Sequence record: NZ_CP066438.1 | Source: a plasmid | Strand: one strand, 5' to 3' | Length of the DNA stretch: 38,373 nucleotides | In this document: piece after piece, positions 1-9,083 of the stretch | How the letters are laid out: each line of letters opens with the position of its first letter | How positions within the stretch are numbered: the first letter of the stretch is position 1 | Program-made: the position numbers and the translations under genes | Notes under the pieces: model-generated | What the model saw: the letters and a program-made list of their open reading frames with translations, nothing else | Told to the model about the DNA's origin: nothing | Databases searched by the model: none

Positions 1-1041
1 ATGAATGATTTTAATTATTACAAATCAAAAGAAATTTATCGTGAAAAATATTATCAAATGCCTAAGGTATTTTTTACTAACGAAAAATACATGGATCTAT
101 CAAATGATGCAAAAATTGCTTATATGCTACTTAAAGATCGATTTGATTATTCAGTCAAAAATAACTGGGTAGATTCTGATGATAATATATTTTTCATATT
201 CACAGTTGAAGAATTAATGAAATTGTTACAATGCCGCGAAGGTAAAGTATCTAAAATCAAAAAGGAATTAGAAAAAGCAGGTCTTCTGAAACAGAAGAGA
301 GGAAGAGTAAATAAACGTGACGGTAAGATTGAATCCATGCCTAATTTATTGTACTTAGGCAAGCCAGAAGTAACGAATCAAGACGTCTTTAAAATCATGG
401 AAGAGGAAGACAATACTGATACCACCGTAATTGCGAAAATCGCAAATACGGCAAAACCGCGAGAAATCAATGATACCACCGTAATTGCGAAAATCGCAAA
501 TACGGCAAAATCCAGTCATATCAAGGACTCAACCGTAATTGCGAAAATCGCAGACAATCTATTCTATTCTAATTCTATAGACACTAATAGACACATAATA
601 GACACTGAAACTGATCAGTTACAAAATCAAGTTTTACTAGATAACTTCGTCGACATCATGAAAGAGGACAGTATAAATACATTTGTACCAGAAAATGTAT
701 TAAACTTGATAAAAACATTTTCTAGTACTTACGAAGACGCTCAAAAAACCGTCCAAACTATTCATAATGCAAAGAAAAAAGCTGAAGAATTAGAGCAAAC
801 AGTTGTTGTTTATGAAGAACTGGAATCTTATGGAATTGATGCTGACAAAGGATTATATATGACTTTGCTGAAAGCTTATCAAAAACAAAAAACTGAAAAA
901 GTAAACAATTTGCAGAATCTAATTTTCGTTTATGTAAAAAATTGGTTTGTCGAAAAAGCTATTGCGGCAAAGCTTGCAAACGAACAAAGAGAAACATTTA
1001 ACGAATTACCAACAGTTAGTACGGAAAATTGGCTAGAGTAG
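1..1041 (+). CDS. repA: RepA_N-family theta-replication initiator (pRUM-like RepA)
   Basis: 346-aa ORF begins at the window's first ATG. N-terminal region resembles the RepA_N family; central part encodes 54-bp in-frame repeats (DTTVIAKIANTAK). Confidence 0.8.
   Translation: MNDFNYYKSKEIYREKYYQMPKVFFTNEKYMDLSNDAKIAYMLLKDRFDYSVKNNWVDSDDNIFFIFTVEELMKLLQCREGKVSKIKKELEKAGLLKQKRGRVNKRDGKIESMPNLLYLGKPEVTNQDVFKIMEEEDNTDTTVIAKIANTAKPREINDTTVIAKIANTAKSSHIKDSTVIAKIADNLFYSNSIDTNRHIIDTETDQLQNQVLLDNFVDIMKEDSINTFVPENVLNLIKTFSSTYEDAQKTVQTIHNAKKKAEELEQTVVVYEELESYGIDADKGLYMTLLKAYQKQKTEKVNNLQNLIFVYVKNWFVEKAIAAKLANEQRETFNELPTVSTENWLE
418..556. repeat. 54-bp tandem direct repeats (~2.6 copies) inside repA, each with the palindromic core ttgcgaaaatcgcaa; putative internal origin/iterons
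   Basis: Units start at 418, 472 and 526 (third partial) and are codon-aligned. In RepA_N plasmids the origin lies within the central region of repA. Confidence 0.55.
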
Positions 1042-1602
1042 TTGATAAAAAGCGATCACTATAAAAATGATCAATTTTAAATTAGAACTTTTTTATGATT
1101 TTAATTTTATTACAAATGTTACAAATAAATAGCTATTATTCCGGAGTTTTTAGATTAAAAGTTTATGAAAACAATCACAAACGTAGGTTTTAAAGTCATA
1201 ATCGTTAGATATTTTAGTTATTTTTCATTCAAAAAAATAGGGAACTAGTGTTTGCATATGTGCTTTTTTGAGTTATAATAATTCATGAAGAGAGGTAATT
1301 CACTTATTTCCCCAAGCTGAAAAGCCTGATATTACTTCTTTTCAGGCAGTGCTGCTAATATTCAATTACACTTTTTTGTATATTTTTAGTTGTTTTAAAT
1401 TTAATTGTCTGATATGCTTGTGATGAATTGATTTTCGTTCTGCACTTTTGGACGATAAATTGTGATAATTGAAAATACAAAAAAAAGAAAGGCCCCTGTA
1501 AGGCTCGGGAGACTGGTAATCTCCGTCAGTGTCCTACAGGAAAGCATTAAGATGACGCCTTAATGCGTGCCCTTCAGTGTTACGGTATTACCCGCAACGG
1601 AC

Positions 1603-2411
1603 GGTTCTGTTGCAAAGTTTTAAATAAAGAATAAAATCCCTTACGGTATCTATGATTTAAGCTGGGATTCCCAATAATACCTTGATTTCAGTACAGACCG
1701 AAAACCCGAAGAGAGTGCCTTCTTTTCGGGTTTTCTTATATAATCCTCGAATGGCTTCCATGCCTTTAATCGTGGTAGAGGCAGTGCGTAAACTTCGATA
1801 GAATTTATTGCGTCTCTTTACTGGACGATGGTCTTGTTCAATCAAATTATTCAGGTATTTAATGGTACGATGTTCTGTCCCTTGATAAAAGCCGTATTCT
1901 TTTAGTTTCTTAAAGGCACTTGTAATAGAGGGGGCTTTATCTGTGACTACAACCTTCGGTTCATCAAACTGCTTCACTAACCGCTTAAGAAAAGCATAGG
2001 CTGCTTGTGTGTCCCGTTTTTTACGTAACCAAATATCCAAGGTTAAACCATCTGCACCGATGGCTCGATACAAATAATGCCATTTTCCTTTAATTTTGAT
2101 GTACGTTTCATCCATTTTCCATGAATAAAAGGATTTTTTATTTTTCTTTTTCCAAATTTGATAGAGTAGTTTGCCATATTCTTGCACCCAACGATAAATC
2201 GTCGTATGAGAAACGTTAATGCCACGATCATATAAGATTTCTTGAACTTCACGATAGCTAAGGTTATAACGAAGATAGTAGCCCACGGCTACAATAATCA
2301 CATCCTGCTGAAATTGCTTTCCTTTAAAATGATTCATCGTCATTCCTCCTGCTATCTTTTTCTATTATTCTACCTTATTTGATAGTAGATTTAAAACTTT
2401 GCAACAGAACC
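1603..2411 (-). mobile_element. IS1216 (IS6/IS26 family) copy 1, 809 bp
   Basis: Terminal inverted repeats ggttctgttgcaaagttt...aaactttgcaacagaacc. Internal sequence identical to the other three copies except one SNP at element position 455 (C at 2057). Confidence 0.9.
1657..2343 (-). CDS. tnp: IS1216 transposase (DDE, IS6 family), 228 aa, Gly95 allele
   Basis: Protein MTMNHFKGKQFQQDVIIVAVGYYLRYNLSYREV... identical across four copies apart from G/D at residue 95. Confidence 0.95.
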   Translation of the reverse strand: MTMNHFKGKQFQQDVIIVAVGYYLRYNLSYREVQEILYDRGINVSHTTIYRWVQEYGKLLYQIWKKKNKKSFYSWKMDETYIKIKGKWHYLYRAIGADGLTLDIWLRKKRDTQAAYAFLKRLVKQFDEPKVVVTDKAPSITSAFKKLKEYGFYQGTEHRTIKYLNNLIEQDHRPVKRRNKFYRSLRTASTTIKGMEAIRGLYKKTRKEGTLFGFSVCTEIKVLLGIPA

Positions 2412-2482
2412 ATTTTGTGTATAATAGGAATTGAAGTTAAATTAGATGCTAAAAATTTGTAATTAAGAAGGAGGGATTCGTC

Positions 2483-2566
2483 ATGTTGGTATTCCAAATG
2501 CGTAATGTAGATAAAACATCTACTGTTTTGAAACAGACTAAAAACAGTGATTACGCAGATAAATAA
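2483..2566 (+). CDS. ermBL: erm(B) leader peptide ErmBL, 27 aa (translational attenuation leader)
   Basis: RBS aaggagg, then ATG and ORF MLVFQMRNVDKTSTVLKQTKNSDYADK, 124 bp upstream of ermB. Confidence 0.8.
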   Translation: MLVFQMRNVDKTSTVLKQTKNSDYADK

Positions 2567-2690
2567 ATACGTTAGATTAATTCCTACCAGTGACTAATCT
2601 TATGACTTTTTAAACAGATAACTAAAATTACAAACAAATCGTTTAACTTCTGTATTTATTTACAGATGTAATAACTTCAGGAGTGATTAC

Positions 2691-3428
2691 ATGAACAAAA
2701 ATATAAAATATTCTCAAAACTTTTTAACGAGTGAAAAAGTACTCAACCAAATAATAAAACAATTGAATTTAAAAGAAACCGATACCGTTTACGAAATTGG
2801 AACAGGTAAAGGGCATTTAACGACGAAACTGGCTAAAATAAGTAAACAGGTAACGTCTATTGAATTAGACAGTCATCTATTCAACTTATCGTCAGAAAAA
2901 TTAAAACTGAACATTCGTGTCACTTTAATTCACCAAGATATTCTACAGTTTCAATTCCCTAACAAACAGAGGTATAAAATTGTTGGGAGTATTCCTTACC
3001 ATTTAAGCACACAAATTATTAAAAAAGTGGTTTTTGAAAGCCATGCGTCTGACATCTATCTGATTGTTGAAGAAGGATTCTACAAGCGTACCTTGGATAT
3101 TCACCGAACACTAGGGTTGCTCTTGCACACTCAAGTCTCGATTCAGCAATTGCTTAAGCTGCCAGCGGAATGCTTTCATCCTAAACCAAAAGTAAACAGT
3201 GTCTTAATAAAACTTACCCGCCATACCACAGATGTTCCAGATAAATATTGGAAGCTATATACGTACTTTGTTTCAAAATGGGTCAATCGAGAATATCGTC
3301 AACTGTTTACTAAAAATCAGTTTCATCAAGCAATGAAACACGCCAAAGTAAACAATTTAAGTACCGTTACTTATGAGCAAGTATTGTCTATTTTTAATAG
3401 TTATCTATTATTTAACGGGAGGAAATAA
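2691..3428 (+). CDS. ermB: 23S rRNA (adenine-N6)-dimethyltransferase Erm(B), MLSB resistance
   Basis: 245-aa protein [44 protein letters not shown]... with SAM motif. Confidence 0.95.
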   Translation: MNKNIKYSQNFLTSEKVLNQIIKQLNLKETDTVYEIGTGKGHLTTKLAKISKQVTSIELDSHLFNLSSEKLKLNIRVTLIHQDILQFQFPNKQRYKIVGSIPYHLSTQIIKKVVFESHASDIYLIVEEGFYKRTLDIHRTLGLLLHTQVSIQQLLKLPAECFHPKPKVNSVLIKLTRHTTDVPDKYWKLYTYFVSKWVNREYRQLFTKNQFHQAMKHAKVNNLSTVTYEQVLSIFNSYLLFNGRK

Positions 3429-3432
3429 TTCT

Positions 3433-3564
3433 ATGAGTCGCTTTTTTAAATTTGGAAAGTTACACGTTACTAAAGGGAATGGAGATAAATTATTAGATAT
3501 ACTACTGACAGCTTCCAAGAAGCTAAAGAGGTCCCTAGCGCCTACGGGGAATTTGTATCGATAA
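3433..3564 (+). CDS. small 43-aa ORF immediately downstream of ermB (hypothetical)
   Basis: ATG at 3433 follows ggaggaaataattct; MSRFFKFGKLHVTKGNGDK...; product unknown. Confidence 0.3.
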   Translation: MSRFFKFGKLHVTKGNGDKLLDILLTASKKLKRSLAPTGNLYR

Positions 3565-3858
3565 GGGGTACAAATTCCCACTAAGCGCTCGGGACCCCTT
3601 GTAGGAAAATGTCCTAAGTGTGGCAACAATATTGTATTAAAAAAATCGTTTTATGGTTGTTCAAATTATCCTGAATGTAAGTTTACTTTAGCTGAACATT
3701 TTAGAAAGAAAAAACTAACCAAAACGAATGTAAAAGAATTACTGGAGGGAAAAGAAACCCTGGTAAAAGGAATCAAAAACAAAGAGAAAAAGCCCTACAA
3801 TGCCGTTGTAAAAATTGGGGAAAAGGGATATATTGATTTTATCTCTTTTTCAAAATAA
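3565..3858 (+). pseudogene. start-less fragment encoding a topoisomerase-type C4 zinc-ribbon C-terminal domain
   Basis: Open frame without start codon: ...GKCPKCGNNIVLKKSFYGCSNYPECKF... (CxxC...CxxC zinc ribbon), stop at 3856-3858. Confidence 0.4.
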
Positions 3859-3893
3859 ACATGGGGCTGACCCAAAAGTAGCTCCTATATGAA

Positions 3894-3947
3894 AAATAGA
3901 GGTCTTTCCATTTAGATAGTAGTGGAAAGACCTCTATTTATCTTTTG
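3894..3947 (+). terminator. rho-independent terminator (16-bp perfect stem aaatagaggtctttcca/tggaaagacctctattt, then T-run)
   Basis: Perfect inverted repeat 3894-3910 / 3923-3939 followed by tatcttttg. Confidence 0.5.
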
Positions 3948-4020
3948 AAAGTGAATACAAAAATAAAGCACACTCTGCTATAATATAGGTGATTAATCCA
4001 TTTGAGAGAGGTGCTTTATC

Positions 4021-4695
4021 ATGTATCAAAATTATACCATAAACCAACTTTGTTTGCCTATAGATCTTGAAATTAAATTAGAAGAAAATGATTTTGCTCA
4101 TGCCATTGTGCAGTTTGTTGACTCTATTCCCGATGAAGTCTTTCTTCCTTATTATCAATCTATGGGTAGACCCCAATATCATCCTCGTATGCTACTTTCC
4201 ATTATTCTTTGTGCCTATATTCAAGGGGTTTATTCGGGCCGCCAAATACAAAATATGCTGATAGATAGTATTCGGATGCGCTACTTATCTCAAGAGCAAT
4301 TCCCTAACTTTCGTACTATTAATCGTTTTCGCGTTCATCCGATTATGAACGATATTCTAGATCATTCATTTGTTCAATTTCGTGAGCTACTGGTTCAAAG
4401 TGGCTTAATCAGTGGCAGTGCTCTATACATTGATGGTACAAAAATTGAAGCGGATGCGAATAAATACTCTTTCGTTTGGAAAAAAAGTATTTTAAAGTAT
4501 AAGGATAGCCTTGATCAAAAAGCCCTTGAAAACTACCAACAAATGGTGGAAACAAAAATCTTACCTGAGTTAATAGATGATTTAAAGGATGAACTTTCTA
4601 TAGAAGAGATTGAAAGGATTCGTCAATCTTTGGAAGAAAAGGAAAATCAATTAATTGAAGCGATTGACCAAACCGAAACAGTAGAAGGGGGCTGA
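4021..4695 (+). pseudogene. IS1182-family transposase, N-terminal 224-aa fragment (truncated)
   Basis: Transposase-like N-terminus MYQNYTINQLCLPIDLEIK...; ORF ends abruptly (...TETVEGG*) with no catalytic C-terminal half. Position upstream of the aadE-sat4-aphA-3 cluster matches Tn5405-type arrangements. Confidence 0.55.
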
Positions 4696-4721
4696 CCCAT
4701 TATTAATAAGGAGTGGACAAC

Positions 4722-4967
4722 ATGATTGATGTAAATGAGCTATTGGAAGAAGCTATTAGAGAAACTGAAAATCTAAATGATGGCGAAGTTTTTCTTGTTA
4801 AAGATTTATTCAAGGGATATGTGGGGAATAGGATACCCAGAAAGGATCGACTTCTGCTTGGAACGTTATTTTTAAACCATGTTAGCAAAATGAATGGTAA
4901 TTTAAAGGCTATTGAAAAGACTTCATCTAATCAGCAGAGGTATAAAAAGACAATTGATAAGTTTTAA
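4722..4967 (+). CDS. hypothetical 81-aa protein
   Basis: RBS aaggag 8 nt upstream of ATG 4722; MIDVNELLEEAIRETENLNDGEVFLVKDLFKGY...; no recognised domain. Confidence 0.4.
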   Translation: MIDVNELLEEAIRETENLNDGEVFLVKDLFKGYVGNRIPRKDRLLLGTLFLNHVSKMNGNLKAIEKTSSNQQRYKKTIDKF

Positions 4968-5021
4968 CTATCTTTTGTGAAATTAAAAAAATTATAAATA
5001 TGTTGAGTAGAAGCAAAAGAT

Positions 5022-5939
5022 TTGGCTTGGAATTTTTACAGCAGTGAATCGATAAAAGGAGCATGCTTGATGGTAGATAATATTATTAAATCAGTAGCAG
5101 AGAAATTATCCTCTCTGTCTTATATAGAAGGTATTGTTTTAGGTGGTTCACGTGCAAGGGGCACCCATACAGAGGATTCGGATATAGATATCGGCATCTA
5201 TTACAATTCAGAATCATTTGACATAAATACTATTAATCAATTCGCTACAAAGCTGGATGATGAGCATAGAAATAACCTTGTTGTACCTCCCGGAGCATGG
5301 GGTGATTGGATTAATGGCGGCGGATGGTTAGTCATAAACGGGTATCATGTGGATTTAATTTTACGTGATATTAAACGTGTGGAACAAATAATGAAAGATA
5401 CAGAGCACGGAATTGTTACTGCCAATTATCAGACTGGGCATCCCCATGGTTATATTAGTGCAATGTATCGAGGAGAATTAGCGATTAGCAAAATACTATA
5501 TGCTAAGAATGAAAGCTTATGCGAATTAAAAAAACAGGCAGAAACTTATCCCAATGCTTTGCAGAAAAGTTTAGTTAACTTTTTTATGTTTGAAGCAGGG
5601 TTCTCTTTAATGTTTGTAAAAGCAAATTCGGGAACAGACGATAAATATTATATTGCGGGTCATGTTTTTCGTATAGTTTCATGTTTAAATCAAGTGTTAT
5701 TTGCATGTAATAATGCTTATTGTATCAACGAAAAGAAAGCTATAAAACTGCTTGAAACTTTTGAACATAAACCTGAAAAATATACCGAGAAGGTAAATCA
5801 TATTTTTGAAGTACTCGGTATCTCACTTTTTGAATGCTACGACATGACCGAGAAGCTTTATAATGAAGTGAATGAAATTGTATCGGAGATAAATAACTTT
5901 TTAAACGAGGAGAGTTCAGATGAAAGAAAACAAATATGA
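5022..5939 (+). CDS. nucleotidyltransferase-domain protein (GS-x10-DxD motif), function unknown
   Basis: Motif GGSRARGTHTEDSDIDIGIYY typical of the polymerase-beta nucleotidyltransferase superfamily; overlaps the next gene by 20 bp. Confidence 0.6.
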   Translation: MAWNFYSSESIKGACLMVDNIIKSVAEKLSSLSYIEGIVLGGSRARGTHTEDSDIDIGIYYNSESFDINTINQFATKLDDEHRNNLVVPPGAWGDWINGGGWLVINGYHVDLILRDIKRVEQIMKDTEHGIVTANYQTGHPHGYISAMYRGELAISKILYAKNESLCELKKQAETYPNALQKSLVNFFMFEAGFSLMFVKANSGTDDKYYIAGHVFRIVSCLNQVLFACNNAYCINEKKAIKLLETFEHKPEKYTEKVNHIFEVLGISLFECYDMTEKLYNEVNEIVSEINNFLNEESSDERKQI

Positions 5940-6654
5940 TGATAATATATTTTTTCAAAAATACAGTCAAATGAGTCGCTCGCAGAAAGGACTGGCTGGT
6001 GCGGGAGAATGGGAGACTTTGAAAAAGATGCTACCTGATTTTAAGGGTAAGCGTGTGCTTGATTTAGGATGCGGCTATGGATGGCACTGTATATATGCGA
6101 TGGAAAACGGTGCTTCCTCTGTAGTAGGTGTTGATATTTCTCATAAAATGCTCGAAGTAGCAAAAGGAAAAACCCATTTTCCACAGATTGAATATGAATG
6201 CTGTGCCATAGAAGATGTGGATTTCCCAGAGGAGAGCTTTGATGTAATACTAAGTTCGCTTGCGTTTCATTATGTAGCAGACTATGAGAATTTAATAAAA
6301 AAGATATATAGGATGCTGAAGGCTGGTGGCAATTTAGTTTTTACAGTTGAACATCCTGTTTTTACTGCTCATGGAACACAAGACTGGTATTATAACGAAA
6401 AAGGAGAAATACTGCATTTCCCGGTGGACAATTATTATTATGAGGGCAAACGGACAGCTATGTTTTTGGAAGAAAAGGTTACAAAATATCATAGAACACT
6501 GACCACATATCTAAATACACTGCTTTCAAATAGTTTTATAATAAATCAGATTGTGGAGCCACAGCCGCCAGAGAACATGATGGATATTCCGGGGATGGCG
6601 GATGAAATGCGACGCCCAATGATGCTGATTGTATCGGCAAAAAAGAAGATGTAA
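5920..6654 (+). CDS. class I SAM-dependent methyltransferase
   Basis: Motif I VLDLGCGYGW and an acidic motif II; 244 aa. Confidence 0.7.
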   Translation: MKENKYDDNIFFQKYSQMSRSQKGLAGAGEWETLKKMLPDFKGKRVLDLGCGYGWHCIYAMENGASSVVGVDISHKMLEVAKGKTHFPQIEYECCAIEDVDFPEESFDVILSSLAFHYVADYENLIKKIYRMLKAGGNLVFTVEHPVFTAHGTQDWYYNEKGEILHFPVDNYYYEGKRTAMFLEEKVTKYHRTLTTYLNTLLSNSFIINQIVEPQPPENMMDIPGMADEMRRPMMLIVSAKKKM

Positions 6655-6686
6655 TAATATAGAAAAAATAAACGAGGAGTATGTAA

Positions 6687-7595
6687 ATGAGATCAGAAAA
6701 AGAAATGATGGATTTAGTACTTTCTTTAGCAGAACAGGATGAACGTATTCGAATTGTGACCCTTGAGGGGTCACGCGCAAATATTAATATACCTAAAGAT
6801 GAATTTCAGGATTATGATATTACATATTTTGTAAGTGATATAGAACCGTTTATATCTAATGATGACTGGCTTAATCAATTTGGGAATATAATAATGATGC
6901 AAAAGCCGGAGGATATGGAATTATTCCCACCTGAAGAAAAGGGATTTTCCTATCTTATGCTATTTGATGATTACAATAAAATTGATCTTACCTTATTGCC
7001 CTTGGAAGAGTTAGATAATTACCTAAAGGGCGATAAATTAATAAAGGTTCTAATTGATAAAGATTGTAGAATTAAAAGGGACATAGTTCCGACTGATATA
7101 GATTATCATGTAAGAAAGCCAAGCGCAAGGGAGTATGATGATTGCTGCAATGAATTTTGGAATGTAACACCTTATGTTATTAAAGGATTGTGCCGTAAGG
7201 AAATTTTATTTGCTATTGATCATTTTAATCAGATTGTTCGCCATGAGCTGCTGAGAATGATATCATGGAAGGTCGGCATCGAAACAGGCTTTAAATTAAG
7301 TGTAGGCAAGAACTATAAGTTTATTGAAAGGTATATATCCGAGGATTTGTGGGAGAAACTTTTGTCCACCTACCGGATGGATTCCTATGAAAACATATGG
7401 GAAGCATTATTTCTATGCCATCAATTGTTCAGGGCGGTATCCGGTGAGGTGGCGGAAAGGCTTCATTATGCCTATCCGGAGTATGATAGGAATATAACAA
7501 AATATACCAGGGACATGTATAAAAAATACACTGGTAAAACCGGCTGCCTGGATAGCACATATGCCGCTGATATAGAAGAGAGGCGGGAACAGTGA
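6687..7595 (+). CDS. aadE: aminoglycoside 6-adenylyltransferase ANT(6)-Ia (streptomycin resistance)
   Basis: 302-aa protein MRSEKEMMDLVLSLAEQDERIRIVTLEGSRANINIPKDEF... Confidence 0.95.
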   Translation: MRSEKEMMDLVLSLAEQDERIRIVTLEGSRANINIPKDEFQDYDITYFVSDIEPFISNDDWLNQFGNIIMMQKPEDMELFPPEEKGFSYLMLFDDYNKIDLTLLPLEELDNYLKGDKLIKVLIDKDCRIKRDIVPTDIDYHVRKPSAREYDDCCNEFWNVTPYVIKGLCRKEILFAIDHFNQIVRHELLRMISWKVGIETGFKLSVGKNYKFIERYISEDLWEKLLSTYRMDSYENIWEALFLCHQLFRAVSGEVAERLHYAYPEYDRNITKYTRDMYKKYTGKTGCLDSTYAADIEERREQ

Positions 7596-8134
7596 TTACA
7601 GAAATGAAAGCAGGGCACCTGAAAGATATCGATAAACCCAGCGAACCATTTGAGGTGATAGGTAAGATTATACCGAGGTATGAAAACGAGAATTGGACCT
7701 TTACAGAATTACTCTATGAAGCGCCATATTTAAAAAGCTACCAAGACGAAGAGGATGAAGAGGATGAGGAGGCAGATTGCCTTGAATATATTGACAATAC
7801 TGATAAGATAATATATCTTTACTACCAAGACGATAAATGCGTCGGAAAAGTTAAACTGCGAAAAAATTGGAACCGGTACGCTTATATAGAAGATATCGCC
7901 GTATGTAAGGATTTCAGGGGGCAAGGCATAGGCAGCGCGCTTATCAATATATCTATAGAATGGGCAAAGCATAAAAACTTGCATGGACTAATGCTTGAAA
8001 CCCAGGACAATAACCTTATAGCTTGTAAATTCTATCATAATTGTGGTTTCAAAATCGGCTCCGTCGATACTATGTTATACGCCAACTTTGAAAACAACTT
8101 TGAAAAAGCTGTTTTCTGGTATTTAAGGTTTTAG
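7592..8134 (+). CDS. sat4: streptothricin acetyltransferase Sat4
   Basis: 180-aa GNAT protein MITEMKAGHLKDIDKPSEPFEV... with GTG start overlapping the aadE stop. Confidence 0.95.
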   Translation: MITEMKAGHLKDIDKPSEPFEVIGKIIPRYENENWTFTELLYEAPYLKSYQDEEDEEDEEADCLEYIDNTDKIIYLYYQDDKCVGKVKLRKNWNRYAYIEDIAVCKDFRGQGIGSALINISIEWAKHKNLHGLMLETQDNNLIACKFYHNCGFKIGSVDTMLYANFENNFEKAVFWYLRF

Positions 8135-8226
8135 AATGCAAGGAACAGTGAATTGGAGTTCGTCTTGTTATAATTAGCTTCTTGGGGTATCTTTAAATAC
8201 TGTAGAAAAGAGGAAGGAAATAATAA

Positions 8227-9021
8227 ATGGCTAAAATGAGAATATCACCGGAATTGAAAAAACTGATCGAAAAATACCGCTGCGTAAAAGATACGGAAGG
8301 AATGTCTCCTGCTAAGGTATATAAGCTGGTGGGAGAAAATGAAAACCTATATTTAAAAATGACGGACAGCCGGTATAAAGGGACCACCTATGATGTGGAA
8401 CGGGAAAAGGACATGATGCTATGGCTGGAAGGAAAGCTGCCTGTTCCAAAGGTCCTGCACTTTGAACGGCATGATGGCTGGAGCAATCTGCTCATGAGTG
8501 AGGCCGATGGCGTCCTTTGCTCGGAAGAGTATGAAGATGAACAAAGCCCTGAAAAGATTATCGAGCTGTATGCGGAGTGCATCAGGCTCTTTCACTCCAT
8601 CGACATATCGGATTGTCCCTATACGAATAGCTTAGACAGCCGATTAGCCGAATTGGATTACTTACTGAATAACGATCTGGCCGATGTGGATTGCGAAAAC
8701 TGGGAAGAAGACACTCCATTTAAAGATCCGCGCGAGCTGTATGATTTTTTAAAGACGGAAAAGCCCGAAGAGGAACTTGTCTTTTCCCACGGCGACCTGG
8801 GAGACAGCAACATCTTTGTGAAAGATGGCAAAGTAAGTGGCTTTATTGATCTTGGGAGAAGCGGCAGGGCGGACAAGTGGTATGACATTGCCTTCTGCGT
8901 CCGGTCGATCAGGGAGGATATCGGGGAAGAACAGTATGTCGAGCTATTTTTTGACTTACTGGGGATCAAGCCTGATTGGGAGAAAATAAAATATTATATT
9001 TTACTGGATGAATTGTTTTAG
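8227..9021 (+). CDS. aph(3')-IIIa: aminoglycoside 3'-phosphotransferase APH(3')-IIIa (kanamycin/amikacin resistance)
   Basis: 264-aa protein MAKMRISPELKKLIEKYRCVKDTEGMSPAKVYKLVGENENLYLKMTD... Confidence 0.95.
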   Translation: MAKMRISPELKKLIEKYRCVKDTEGMSPAKVYKLVGENENLYLKMTDSRYKGTTYDVEREKDMMLWLEGKLPVPKVLHFERHDGWSNLLMSEADGVLCSEEYEDEQSPEKIIELYAECIRLFHSIDISDCPYTNSLDSRLAELDYLLNNDLADVDCENWEEDTPFKDPRELYDFLKTEKPEEELVFSHGDLGDSNIFVKDGKVSGFIDLGRSGRADKWYDIAFCVRSIREDIGEEQYVELFFDLLGIKPDWEKIKYYILLDELF

Positions 9022-9031
9022 TACCTAGATT

Positions 9032-9074
9032 TAGATGTCTAAAAAGCTTTAACTACAAGCTTTTTAGACATCTA
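9032..9074 (+). terminator. aphA-3 terminator hairpin (tagatgtctaaaaagctt / aagctttttagacatcta)
   Basis: 18-bp perfect inverted repeat with 8-nt loop directly after the aph stop. Confidence 0.5.
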
Positions 9075-9083
9075 ATCTTTTCT

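Noticed and set aside
147-362. 71-aa minus-strand ORF inside repA
   Set aside because: Antisense shadow ORF within a well-supported gene.
2043-2252. 69-aa ORF nested in the IS1216 transposase gene, repeated in all four copies (also 11762, 28233, 29448)
   Set aside because: Alternative frame within the transposase gene; the repetition only reflects IS copy number.
8388-8969. Minus-strand ORFs inside aph(3')-IIIa (8388-8582, 8658-8969)
   Set aside because: Antisense to a well-characterised resistance gene; Ser/Pro-rich nonsense composition.
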